From an archaeon (GTDB taxonomy: Archaea; Iainarchaeota; Iainarchaeia; Iainarchaeales; 1-14-0-10-31-34), in the NCBI GenBank assembly GCA_043819075.1, contig JBDRFE010000025.1, forward strand, positions 1 through 30,108: DNA of 30,108 nt, in the 5' to 3' direction. Shown here piece by piece: positions 1-9,376 of the stretch (positions within the stretch are counted from its first letter, which is position 1; each line of letters begins with the position of its first letter). The position numbers and the translations under genes are program-made. The notes beneath the pieces are model-generated. The model did no database searches. It was not told the DNA's origin and was given only the letters and a program-made list of their open reading frames with translations.

Positions 1-678
1 AAAGCTTTCCCCGGGATTCAATAAAACAGGTTTTGTGGTTAAAACGCTTTTCTCTATTTTTTTCTTGAACTCGGTTGTGTCGCATTTAATCATGCTAAAA
101 GTATTGTAATGCATTGGAATAACATATTTTGGCTTCATTAATTTTGTTGCTTTAACGCAGTCAACGCAGTCCATTGTATAAGTTCCTCCAATCGGAAGCA
201 AAGCAACATCTGCGGTTACCTTGGAAAAATCCTCTATCAAAGCAGTGTCACCTGAAAAATAAACGCTTTTTCCTTTGGATGAAACAACAAAGCCAACAGG
301 ATAAAATGATTCAGGATGGTGTGCTGTAACACATTCAATGTTTACATTCCTTAAAGTGATTTTCTGGTTTAAATTCAACGGATACAAAAAACGCCTTTCA
401 AGGGAAAGTTCATTTAATACGCTGTCATGCGCTACAACAAGAGAATTATTCTGTTTTGCAATTGATTCAATTGCCTTTTTGTCAAAGTGGTCAAAATGCT
501 CATGCGAAACAAGAATTACATCAATGTCATTTAAATCAGCTTTTTTTGCAGTGCAACTGACAACTCTCTTGAATGCAGGGTCAGTGCAGGTATTGTTTAT
601 GAACGGGTCAAACAAAACCTTTGTCCCGTTAAAATCTGCCTTGAAAAATGAATGCCCGAAAAAAGTCAGCTTAACCAA
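1..678 (-). CDS. MBL-fold metallo-hydrolase (UPF0173-like), 3' end runs off the window
   Basis: Not in the ORF track. Manual translation from TTG at 678 gives MVKLTFFGHSFFKADFNGTKVLFDPF...ILVSHEHFDHFD...YFSGDT...LLPIGGTYTMD...IPMHYNTF...LNPGESF, with the HxHxDH and other MBL motifs. GGTG lies upstream as a possible SD. Confidence 0.9.
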   Translation of the reverse strand, partial: MVKLTFFGHSFFKADFNGTKVLFDPFINNTCTDPAFKRVVSCTAKKADLNDIDVILVSHEHFDHFDKKAIESIAKQNNSLVVAHDSVLNELSLERRFLYPLNLNQKITLRNVNIECVTAHHPESFYPVGFVVSSKGKSVYFSGDTALIEDFSKVTADVALLPIGGTYTMDCVDCVKATKLMKPKYVIPMHYNTFSMIKCDTTEFKKKIEKSVLTTKPVLLNPGESF

Positions 679-815
679 ACTCGCACCGACAGGAATAGGT
701 AACGGATGAATATAAATGAATACTATAGATTAACAAAAAAAAAAACTGGTTTTTGCTTTTGAATGCAGTTTAATAGGCTTTTAATATTATTTTGTATTAT
801 AAATAATGGGTCAGC

Positions 816-2120
816 ATGAAAAAAACAGCAATTATTTTTTTATTGTTTTTTATTGCAACAGCATACAGTGCATCAATTGAAAAAAACTCAATTAATATAA
901 TAGTTGACAGCACGGCAAATTCTTTGATAGAAGAAACATTTTTTGTCTCTTTTTCAGACCAGAATGAACTTAATTTATTTAAGGAAAAAATAAAGGAAAG
1001 CATTTCAATACAGGCATTAAAAGACTTTAACCTTGATATTGCGCCAAGGCTGGAGGACACTGAAGCAATTATTTTTTTTGAAGAACAGGCTGAAGGCAAC
1101 AGGGTTAAACTAAATTATTCCTCTAAATCCCTTTTCCTTGTAAAGGACAGGATTAAATTCAATGAATTCACATTAAATGAAAAAAAATTTTCTTTTCTTG
1201 TTTCAGGCACAAAAATTGTTTTTCCCGAAAACTTTTCTTTAAGGTTTGTCCTTCCAAAAGAATCACAGGTGAACACTGGAATGATTCCTGAAACACCTGT
1301 TTTTTCAAAGACAGTTGAATGGAAAGGGCCGTTAAGCTCTGACAGGCTTTTATTGGTTTATTCAATCCAGAAAACCCCTGAACCAGTAACAATAAAACAG
1401 ACAAGCATTGGAATTGAAACACAAGAAGACGGTTTTGGCGTAGTCTCTGAAAAATATTTTTTTGAATTCAGGAGCCAGGATGAACTGGATTATTTTGTCA
1501 CAACAGCCCAAAAAAATGGTTCAAGCCTGCAGATCTGGAGCTCTTTTGACAGCAGGATTTTCCCGCATATAATGGAAAACGAATTGGACATAAAAAAGGC
1601 TTCAGTTGAATTCGTGCAGAACGGGCTTGAAAACAGCTACTTAAGAATAGTGTATGAAAACGAGAGCCCGGTTTTTATAGAAAAACAGCAGAAAACAGGA
1701 AGATTTGTTGAATGGTCGTTTAATTCAAGGAAACTCAACAACTTTCTTTCAGGCGGGCTGATAATAATTCCAGAAAACACTTTAATTGAAATCATGCTTC
1801 CCTCAAACGCTGAAATAAAGGAAAGCAATTTTGAGGCAAAAAACGGGGCAATTTCATTGCAGGGATACAAAAGCACAAGCAAAATAAACATTGTGTACGC
1901 AGTAAAAGAAAATATTGCCCCAACCTTTAATTTGTCTTCAGCAATACAAGGCATTATTTCAGACAAACAGTCTGCTTCAATTCTTTTGGTGCTGGTTGCA
2001 GCTGTTTCAGCTTTAATTTATTTCAAAAAAGAAACAGTAACAGAAAAAATTGATGACTTCATAGTAAAAAATTCAAAGGTAGAGGAAAGCGAAAAAAACG
2101 AAATAGAAATAACTGATTAA
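816..2120 (+). CDS. Secreted/membrane-anchored protein with two tandem beta-rich domains
   Basis: N-terminal signal peptide (MKKTAIIFLLFFIATAYS), C-terminal TM helix (ILLVLVAAVSALIYF) and charged tail; visible internal duplication. Confidence 0.75.
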   Translation: MKKTAIIFLLFFIATAYSASIEKNSINIIVDSTANSLIEETFFVSFSDQNELNLFKEKIKESISIQALKDFNLDIAPRLEDTEAIIFFEEQAEGNRVKLNYSSKSLFLVKDRIKFNEFTLNEKKFSFLVSGTKIVFPENFSLRFVLPKESQVNTGMIPETPVFSKTVEWKGPLSSDRLLLVYSIQKTPEPVTIKQTSIGIETQEDGFGVVSEKYFFEFRSQDELDYFVTTAQKNGSSLQIWSSFDSRIFPHIMENELDIKKASVEFVQNGLENSYLRIVYENESPVFIEKQQKTGRFVEWSFNSRKLNNFLSGGLIIIPENTLIEIMLPSNAEIKESNFEAKNGAISLQGYKSTSKINIVYAVKENIAPTFNLSSAIQGIISDKQSASILLVLVAAVSALIYFKKETVTEKIDDFIVKNSKVEESEKNEIEITD

Positions 2121-3526
2121 GAAAAATAATTATTTAAAGAAGACTGCTTTTCTTCAACAACTGGTTCAGGTTCTTTTTCCGGTTCATCTTTTTCTATTTC
2201 ACCTAAAAGGCTTTCAGTTAATGCACTTAAAGGCTTTCTTCCAAGAAAAGAAGATTTTTTTTTCTGCTGTGATTCGCTTAAAAGCAGCCCAACTTTTTTT
2301 GTTTCAGGCTTTGTGCCAAGCAGGAAAGCAATTTCTTTTTCATTCAAGTCAAATCTTGCGCTGAAAGAAACTGCAAAATCCCTGTTATTCCGGAAAAGCT
2401 GGGTGATGAAAGGAATGTCATTCAAAAAAATTTCTTTTGAAGAAGAATGAAAGTCTTTTGAGAGCTTTCCTGCAATAGATTTTTTTACTTCTTTTTCAGA
2501 AATTTTTCCGCTCATCTTTGAAAGGACTTTAGGGAACTGGTACATTACAAAATTCCTGTTAGGGCTTTCTTTGCATAAGCTGACGCCAACAGTCATTAAA
2601 TCAGAACTATACCTGAGAAAACCATAATGCTGTCTTTTCCTTATTCTTCCGTTAAAAATATCAGCTTTGCTTAATGCATTAAATGCATCCTGTATTTCTT
2701 TTACGCCTGAAAACTGCCTTGGAATGTTTTCTTCAATCCATTTCATTAAAAAGTTTGAATCAATGTCGGCTGAAAACCTTGCATTCCTTGCTTCAGCAAA
2801 AGTTTCTGCAGTAAAAATTTTCCTTAAAACCTTGAAAACGTCTTCCTGTTTTTCCCTGTAACCCAATGAACTGACGCCGTCAAGGGAAATTTTTTTTTCT
2901 GATGACAACACTTGTAAATCAATTAAAGCACTCCTCATGTCTCCTGCAGAATTTTTTGCAAGCAATTGAATTGCTTCTTCATCAAATTCAATGCTTTCTG
3001 AAACGCATATTTCTTTCAGCCTTTTAGCCATTGACAAATAATTTATTTTCTTGAACTGCATTAAATTGCAGGAAGTTCTTATTGCAAGAAGTTTTTTTTC
3101 ACCAAAAACATTGTTTGCTGTAAGGATTACAGGATTCTGTGATTCCTTTAAAATTTTGTTAACTGCAGCTGATGCACCGCGGTCAACTGATGAAAGGCCG
3201 TCAATTTCATCAAGCAGGATAAGCCTTTTTTTTCCGGAAAAAGAAGAATTCATTGCAGCAGCCGAAACCACGCTTTCAATTACTTCTTTGTTTCTTAAAT
3301 CACTTGCATTTAATTCAAACAAGCTCCAGGAATTTATTCTGGCAAGCAAATAAGCTAAAGCGGTTTTGCCTGAGCCTGTCTGGCCAAAAAAAAGCAATGG
3401 TTTCTGTGAACTGCCTTTATTCCATTCCCTGCCCCATAAAAGGGCTTTCTGCACTAAATCAGTGTTGCCGATGAATTCCTCTAAGTTTTTGGGAAAAAAC
3501 TTTTCTGTCCAGAGTTCTGCCATCAT
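2117..3526 (-). CDS. rfcL: Replication factor C large subunit
   Basis: LWTEKFFPK, Walker A GQTGSGKT, ELNASD, Walker B LLDEID, GDMRSAL, WIEENIP; C-terminal PIP-box-like QSSLNNYF. Confidence 0.95.
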   Translation of the reverse strand: MMAELWTEKFFPKNLEEFIGNTDLVQKALLWGREWNKGSSQKPLLFFGQTGSGKTALAYLLARINSWSLFELNASDLRNKEVIESVVSAAAMNSSFSGKKRLILLDEIDGLSSVDRGASAAVNKILKESQNPVILTANNVFGEKKLLAIRTSCNLMQFKKINYLSMAKRLKEICVSESIEFDEEAIQLLAKNSAGDMRSALIDLQVLSSEKKISLDGVSSLGYREKQEDVFKVLRKIFTAETFAEARNARFSADIDSNFLMKWIEENIPRQFSGVKEIQDAFNALSKADIFNGRIRKRQHYGFLRYSSDLMTVGVSLCKESPNRNFVMYQFPKVLSKMSGKISEKEVKKSIAGKLSKDFHSSSKEIFLNDIPFITQLFRNNRDFAVSFSARFDLNEKEIAFLLGTKPETKKVGLLLSESQQKKKSSFLGRKPLSALTESLLGEIEKDEPEKEPEPVVEEKQSSLNNYFS

Positions 3527-3566
3527 ATAATTAAAGAGGTTAGTGCATAAAAATTATTTGATTGAA

Positions 3567-4760
3567 ATGCAGTTAGGCGTGGTTGGAAAGCCAAATACAG
3601 GAAAAAGCACTTTTTTTTCTGCTGCAACATTAATTGACGTTGAAATGCAGAATTACCCTTTTACCACAATAGAGGCAAACAAGGGAATGGGTTTTGTAAG
3701 AGTTGAATGCGCTGAAAAAGAATTTGAGGTTAAATGCAATCCAAGAACAGGCTATTGTGTTAACGGAACAAGGTTTGTTCCGGTTGAATTAATTGATGTA
3801 GCCGGATTAGTGCCAGGAGCATCAGAGGGAAAAGGATTAGGCAACAAGTTTTTAGACGATTTAAGGAAAGCCGATGTTTTGATTCATGTAATTGACTTGT
3901 CCGGAGGAACAAACGAGAAAGGAGAAATAGTTCCAAAAGGAAGTTATGATTCAATAAACGACGTATTGTTTCTTGAAAAAGAAATAGAGTTATGGTTTTT
4001 AGGCATTATTAAAAAAAACTGGAACAAGTTTGCAAAAATTCCTGTAAAAGAAAAAAACAGGAAATTAGAGGCAATGGCACAGAATTTAAGCGGCATTGGT
4101 GCAAGCGCATTACAGATTGATAAAGCTGTATCAAAACTGGATTTATGGGAAAAAAGTTTTAGTGAATGGACTGAAACAGATTTAGAGGCTTTTGCAAAAG
4201 CAATAAGACAGGAATCAAAGCCAATTGTTATTGCGGCAAACAAGGCAGACATTGCCTCAAAAGAACAGATTGAAAAATTAAAGAAAAGGTTTCCGGAAAA
4301 AATTATTATTCCATGTTCTGCGGTAAGCGAGCTGACATTAAAAAAAGCTGCAAAAGAAAAAAGCATTGAATACCTGCCTGGAAAAAAAAGTTTCAGTAAA
4401 ATAAAAGAGTTAAATGAAAAACAGGAACAAGGGCTGAATTACATTGAAAAAAATGTTTTGCAGAAATTCGGTTCAACCGGAGTGCAGGAAATCCTTGACA
4501 CAGCAGTATTTGAGTTATTAAAATACATTGCAATTTTTCCCGGGGGAGTCAAAGGGCTCACAGATTCTGAGGGGAGAACCCTTCCGGATTGCTGGCTTCT
4601 CCCAGAGCACAGCACTGCACTGGATTTTGCTTTCAAGCTGCATACAGACATTGGAGAAAATTTTATCCGCGCAATAGATGTTAAAACAAGGCAGATGATT
4701 GGAAAAGACCACGAGCTGAAAAACAGGGATGTAATAGAAATAATTTTCAACAAAAAATGA
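3567..4760 (+). CDS. ychF: YchF/Obg-family translation-associated ATPase/GTPase with C-terminal TGS domain
   Basis: [30 protein letters not shown] domain ([14 protein letters not shown]). Start placed at ATG 3567 rather than GTG 3543. Confidence 0.93.
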   Translation: MQLGVVGKPNTGKSTFFSAATLIDVEMQNYPFTTIEANKGMGFVRVECAEKEFEVKCNPRTGYCVNGTRFVPVELIDVAGLVPGASEGKGLGNKFLDDLRKADVLIHVIDLSGGTNEKGEIVPKGSYDSINDVLFLEKEIELWFLGIIKKNWNKFAKIPVKEKNRKLEAMAQNLSGIGASALQIDKAVSKLDLWEKSFSEWTETDLEAFAKAIRQESKPIVIAANKADIASKEQIEKLKKRFPEKIIIPCSAVSELTLKKAAKEKSIEYLPGKKSFSKIKELNEKQEQGLNYIEKNVLQKFGSTGVQEILDTAVFELLKYIAIFPGGVKGLTDSEGRTLPDCWLLPEHSTALDFAFKLHTDIGENFIRAIDVKTRQMIGKDHELKNRDVIEIIFNKK

Positions 4761-4812
4761 AAACAGAAAAAGCTTAATAAATGAAACAACGTAATTTTTT
4801 TGGCGAAAGAAA

Positions 4813-5085
4813 ATGGTTTTTGACCCGTACAAAGGAAAAGGGCACAAGGCATGGGTGGATGAGATGCATTACATGCTTGACAGGAATGACTTTTTAAGAA
4901 ATTTATTGGCAGGGCATAAGGAAGCAGGAATTACACTTACAATGAAACAGGCTGAAATTAAGTGGCATATAAGAAATCTGAGAAATGCAGAGTATATCAG
5001 CTGGGTGAAACGCAGCCAAAAAAGGATTCCTAAAAAAAAGACTGCAACAAAAAAGCCTGTTAAGCCAAAAAGAATCCTGAAATAA
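4813..5085 (+). CDS. Small basic hypothetical protein
   Basis: 90-aa ATG ORF filling the gap between ychF and the PIN gene; Lys/Arg/Pro-rich tail; TATA-like CTTAATAAA upstream. Confidence 0.6.
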   Translation: MVFDPYKGKGHKAWVDEMHYMLDRNDFLRNLLAGHKEAGITLTMKQAEIKWHIRNLRNAEYISWVKRSQKRIPKKKTATKKPVKPKRILK

Positions 5086-5088
5086 AAA

Positions 5089-5460
5089 TTATTCCATTTT
5101 TTCCCTGAAAACCGAATCAAATTCCAAGCCTAATTTCAGGCACACTTTTTGAACACGATAATCATCTGAAAGCAACGGAAACTTTAATTCTAATGCAAGA
5201 GCTAAAACAGAAAAATCCGCTTCAGATAATTTATGAAAAACATGGATTTCTTTTGCAGCTTTTTTCACAGCAGAAACTGATTTAGTTGAAGGCTGTTTAA
5301 TCTTGATTTTAGACTGCTTTAACCCTGACTCAACTAACTGCTTTGACCTCAAATCAATTATTTCGTCAAGAACTTCATTGGTTGTAAAATAAACGGTTTC
5401 ATCAAAAGAAAAATTAAAGTTGTTTAAGATTACAGCAGAATCCATTACAAAACATTTCAT
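5089..5460 (-). CDS. Nob1-like PIN-domain ribonuclease (no zinc ribbon)
   Basis: FVMDSAVIL, VLDEI, LSEADFSVLALA, LLSDDYRVQKV match the Nob1-type PIN acidic tetrad. Start placed at ATG 5460. Confidence 0.85.
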   Translation of the reverse strand: MKCFVMDSAVILNNFNFSFDETVYFTTNEVLDEIIDLRSKQLVESGLKQSKIKIKQPSTKSVSAVKKAAKEIHVFHKLSEADFSVLALALELKFPLLSDDYRVQKVCLKLGLEFDSVFREKME

Positions 5461-5523
5461 CAAAAAATTCTCAGCCAAAACAAATAAAAACCTTATTATA
5501 TAAATCTATATAATTGATTTTTT

Positions 5524-7329
5524 ATGGTTCAGAAAATTCATTCCCCAAGATTAGATACTGTTGCAATGGTTGAAGAAACAATAAAAAAATCAAAGGAAAA
5601 CTTAAGCAAAACAGAGTTATGGAAAAAACTGCCAAAACAAATGATGTACCAGACTTTTTCAACTGCAATAGACTACTTGGTTGAATTAAAAAAAATAAGG
5701 CTAAATGAAGAAGGGAAAATTGAATGGATTGCAGAACAGCACAAAGCAAAAGAAATCATGAAAGAAGGAAAAAAAGGAACAAAAGCTGAAGAAAGCAAAA
5801 AAAAAGAAACAGTAATGAAACCAGCAGAACAAGAGGAAGAAAAAATAATTAAATCAGGAAAAATTAAAGCAGACGAAAAAACAATTAAAACTGCTTCAGA
5901 ATTAAGTGAAATTGAAAGAAAAGCACTGAAAGCGCTTGCAGAAGAAAAAAAAGAGTTAAGTGTTTCCGAACTCTCGGAAAAAGCCGGAATTGAACTTGAT
6001 TCAGCAAGAAGAAGCATTCAGTGGCTGAACGAAAAAGGATTAGGCAAAGCAAGAATACAAAAAGAAGTTTTTGTTTTATTAGGAGAAGAAGGGTTAAAGG
6101 CACTAAAAACAGGGCTGCCGGAAAAAAACTTTTTAAAAGAGTTAGGAGAAAACTGGAAAAAAATTTCTGAAATCAAAAGCATTCCGAAAAACGAAATAAA
6201 TATTGCTTTAGGCAATGCAAAAAAGAAAGGATTAATTGAATTAAAAAAAGAAAACGAGTTAATGATGAAAGCCACAGCAGAAGGAAAAAACTTTCTTGAA
6301 AAAAAAACTGAAGAAGAATTAATGCTGGAAAAAATCTCTGGAAAAGAATTAAATGAAAGCTCTTTCAGCGAAAAAGAAAAAGAAGTGCTGAAATTTTTGG
6401 GTTTCAGGAAAAACTTTCTGAAACACAGGGAAAAAGGCAATGAATTCATTGAAATAACAGCCAAAGGAATTGAGTGCATCCCTGTTTTAGGCGCAGAAAG
6501 AAAATATAATATCCTTGACCCGGTTGAAGAAGTTTTTCCGGGAAAAAAACAGCCTTACTATAAATTCCAGGAAGAAATAAAACAAAAATTAGTGAGCCTG
6601 GGCTTCAAAGAAATGGAAAATCCGTTAATTGTACAGGAATTTTATAATTTTGATGTATTGTTTCAGCCACAAAACCATCCTGCAAGAACCTGGACTGACA
6701 CATACAAATTAAAAAAGCCAGAATATGGAAAACTGCCTGACAAAAAAATTGTTCAGGCAATTAAAGCCGCCCATGAAAACGGGGGAAAAGCAGAATCCAA
6801 AGGCTGGAAATATGAATGGAATGAAAAAATTGCCTCACAGTTAATGCCTTCAGCTCACGGCACAGCTCATTCAGCAAGACAGTTAGTAAAAGGAATTGAA
6901 GTGCCGGGAAAATATTTCACTATTGCCCGTTGTTTCAGACCAGATGTAGTTGATGCAACACACTTAATTGAATTCAATCAAATGGAAGGATTTGTTGTTG
7001 GAAAAGAATTTAATTTCAGGAAACTCCTTGGGTTATTAAAAGAATTTGCAATAGAGATTGCCGGAGCAGAAAAAGTGAAATTTTTGCCGGATTATTATCC
7101 TTTCACTGAACCATCAGTCCAGTTAAATGCCTTGCACCCAGAATTAGGCTGGGTTGAATTCGGGGGAGCAGGAATTTTCCGAGCAGAAATAACTGAAAAT
7201 TTAGGAATAAAAGAAAAATGCCTTGCATGGGGCTTAGGGATGGACAGGCTTGCAATGTTTAAACTAAAATTAAATGACGTGAGAGAATTGTTTTCACAGA
7301 ACTTAAACTGGCTGAGGAAGGGAATTTAA
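5524..7329 (+). CDS. pheS: Phenylalanine-tRNA ligase alpha subunit (archaeal type) with N-terminal extension
   Basis: FYNFDVLFQPQNHPAR, RCFRPDVVDATHLIEFNQMEG, YYPFTEPS, GAGIFR, AWGLGMDRLAM. Confidence 0.97.
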   Translation: MVQKIHSPRLDTVAMVEETIKKSKENLSKTELWKKLPKQMMYQTFSTAIDYLVELKKIRLNEEGKIEWIAEQHKAKEIMKEGKKGTKAEESKKKETVMKPAEQEEEKIIKSGKIKADEKTIKTASELSEIERKALKALAEEKKELSVSELSEKAGIELDSARRSIQWLNEKGLGKARIQKEVFVLLGEEGLKALKTGLPEKNFLKELGENWKKISEIKSIPKNEINIALGNAKKKGLIELKKENELMMKATAEGKNFLEKKTEEELMLEKISGKELNESSFSEKEKEVLKFLGFRKNFLKHREKGNEFIEITAKGIECIPVLGAERKYNILDPVEEVFPGKKQPYYKFQEEIKQKLVSLGFKEMENPLIVQEFYNFDVLFQPQNHPARTWTDTYKLKKPEYGKLPDKKIVQAIKAAHENGGKAESKGWKYEWNEKIASQLMPSAHGTAHSARQLVKGIEVPGKYFTIARCFRPDVVDATHLIEFNQMEGFVVGKEFNFRKLLGLLKEFAIEIAGAEKVKFLPDYYPFTEPSVQLNALHPELGWVEFGGAGIFRAEITENLGIKEKCLAWGLGMDRLAMFKLKLNDVRELFSQNLNWLRKGI

Positions 7330-8963
7330 TGCCGACAATAGAATGCTCTAAAAAAGACTTGGAAGAATTAATCGGAAAAAAATTCTCTAAAGAAGAATTA
7401 GAGGAAGCATTGCTTTGCGTTAAAGGCGAATTAGATTCAATTGAAGGAATACTAAAGATTGATGTAAAAGAAACAAACAGACCGGATTTATGGTCAGCTG
7501 AAGGAATTGCAAGAGAAATAAAAGCTTACATTGGAAAAGAAAAAGGGGTTCCAGAATTCAAAGTCTTTAAAGGAAAAAGAAAGGCTTTCATTGACTCAAA
7601 CTTAGAAGGCATAAGGCCAAAAGCAGCTTACGCTGAAATAAAAAATGTTAAAGTGACAGAAGAAGTTTTACTGCAGATAATTCAGTTGCAGGAAAAAATC
7701 TGCCATAGTTTTGGAAAAAAAAGAGAGCAGGTTGCAATAGGAGTATTTGATTTGGATAAGATTAAAGGGAATGTAAAATATTTTGCTGCAAATCCTTCAA
7801 CTGAATTTGTTCCATTGGGTTTCAGTGAAAGCATGAGCTTAAGGGAAATACTGTTAAAGCATCCAAAAGGAAAAGAATATGGAAAATTAATTGAATCAAA
7901 AGAAAAATTCCCTTTATTAGTTGATGAAAAAAATGAAGTGCTTTCAATGCCTCCTGTAATCAACTCTGACACCTCAGGAAAAATCACCACTCAGACAAAA
8001 AATTTGTTTGTTGATGTAACAGGATTTAACCAGGAGTTAATTGACACTGCATTAAAGATTATGTGTATGGCTTTAGCTGACAGAAAAGGAAAAATTTTTT
8101 CAGTTGAATTAAATTACGGGAAAAAAAAGATTGTTTCCCCTGTTTTTGGAAAAGAAAAAATTGTTTTTCCTTTAAAAGAAGTAAATGAAGTGCTTGGAAC
8201 ATATTTCAGCAAAAAAGAAATTTTAAAATTGCTTGAAAAAAAGAGATTGCAGGGAAAAATCAGTGGAAAAAAACTTGAAGTAAGCTTTGGAAATTACAGG
8301 AAAGACATAATTCATGCATGGGATGCAATAGAAGACATTGCAATTGCATTTGATTTCAATAAATTAGAGCCAGAAGCACTAAATGTTTTTACTTTAGGCG
8401 CTTTAGAAGAAAAAAGCATTGAACTGAATGAAGTAAGAGAGCTTTGCCTTGGATTCGGGCTGCAGGAAATTGCATCAAATCATTTGACTTCAAAAGAAAT
8501 CCAGTCGGAAAAAATTGGGCTGAAAGAAGATTTTGTGGAAATAGCCAACCCTGTTTCATTGAACTGGGAGATTTTCAGGAAAAAACTGCTTCCAGAAAGC
8601 CTTGATTTTTTAAGCAAAAACAAGAATGTAAGCTTTCCGCAAAAAATCTTTGAAGTCGGAAGATGCATTGAATTAAATGAAGAAAAAGAAACTGGCGTGG
8701 AAGAAAAATGGAGGCTGTGCATTGCAGTTTCTCATTCAAAAACAAATTTTAATGAAGTTAAATCTGTTTTAGAGGCAGTTGCAAGGGAAAGAAAAAAGAA
8801 ATTTAAATTAAAAGAAGAAAAAATTCCTTTTTTGCAGGAAGGAAAAAGCGCGGTAATTGAATTCTCTGACGGAAAAAAAGGGTTTATAGGGGAAGTAAAC
8901 GAAAAAACCCTGCAAAACTTCGGATTAGAGACAAGTGTTTCAGTAATTGAAATTGAACTGTGA
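7329..8963 (+). CDS. pheT: Phenylalanine-tRNA ligase beta subunit (archaeal type)
   Basis: MPTIE, NRPDLWSAEGIAR, SMPPVINS, RKDIIHAWDAIEDIAIA, PQKIFEVG; 1-nt overlap with the pheS stop. Confidence 0.97.
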   Translation: MPTIECSKKDLEELIGKKFSKEELEEALLCVKGELDSIEGILKIDVKETNRPDLWSAEGIAREIKAYIGKEKGVPEFKVFKGKRKAFIDSNLEGIRPKAAYAEIKNVKVTEEVLLQIIQLQEKICHSFGKKREQVAIGVFDLDKIKGNVKYFAANPSTEFVPLGFSESMSLREILLKHPKGKEYGKLIESKEKFPLLVDEKNEVLSMPPVINSDTSGKITTQTKNLFVDVTGFNQELIDTALKIMCMALADRKGKIFSVELNYGKKKIVSPVFGKEKIVFPLKEVNEVLGTYFSKKEILKLLEKKRLQGKISGKKLEVSFGNYRKDIIHAWDAIEDIAIAFDFNKLEPEALNVFTLGALEEKSIELNEVRELCLGFGLQEIASNHLTSKEIQSEKIGLKEDFVEIANPVSLNWEIFRKKLLPESLDFLSKNKNVSFPQKIFEVGRCIELNEEKETGVEEKWRLCIAVSHSKTNFNEVKSVLEAVARERKKKFKLKEEKIPFLQEGKSAVIEFSDGKKGFIGEVNEKTLQNFGLETSVSVIEIEL

Positions 8964-8968
8964 AAAAT

Positions 8969-9277
8969 TCATTGCTTTCCAGGTTCAGGGAACAACTGCG
9001 CTTTTGTTTCTCCTGCAAGCTCTTTTTCCTCGCTTAAGACTTTGTCTTCAATCAGCTTCATTTCTTTTTCTTTTCTTTTAAGCCTTGCCATTGAATAAAA
9101 GTAAGCGTTAATTATTGCATCCAAGTCAAGAGTTCTCTTGAAACCAAGCCTTGCAATTTCTTCAAAATAAAGTTTCACCATGCGGAAAGCCATTTCTTCA
9201 TCAGGAATGCTAAAAGAAGAAGTTTTTCCTGAAATCTTTTTTAAAGGAATTTTCGGAATCAATTTCTTTTTTGCCAT
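8969..9277 (-). CDS. Hypothetical protein (102 aa)
   Basis: ATG at 9277 preceded by GGTGG SD-like sequence; helical core MVKLYFEEIARLGFKRTLDLDAIINAYFY. Confidence 0.7.
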   Translation of the reverse strand: MAKKKLIPKIPLKKISGKTSSFSIPDEEMAFRMVKLYFEEIARLGFKRTLDLDAIINAYFYSMARLKRKEKEMKLIEDKVLSEEKELAGETKAQLFPEPGKQ

Positions 9278-9305
9278 CAAACCACCTGAATTAAATAAGA
9301 CAAAG

Positions 9306-9374
9306 AAATATTTAATGCTTTTCCCTGAAGGCACTGCAACGCCTCAGCCTGAAAAAAAATATTTAATGCTTTTC
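9306..9374 (-). repeat. Perfect 18-bp direct repeat (minus strand GAAAAGCATTAAATATTT), resembling a duplicated BRE-TATA
   Basis: aaatatttaatgcttttc at 9306-9323 and 9357-9374, 51-bp period. Confidence 0.8.
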
Positions 9375-9376
9375 AT

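Noticed and set aside
338..709. 123-aa plus-strand ORF and the many other 60-190 aa ORFs opposite real genes (e.g. 23611..24159, 24529..25098, 18169..18708, 28462..28656)
   Set aside because: They lie antisense to, or out of frame within, well-supported genes. This is expected from the codon bias of Lys/Glu-rich genes.
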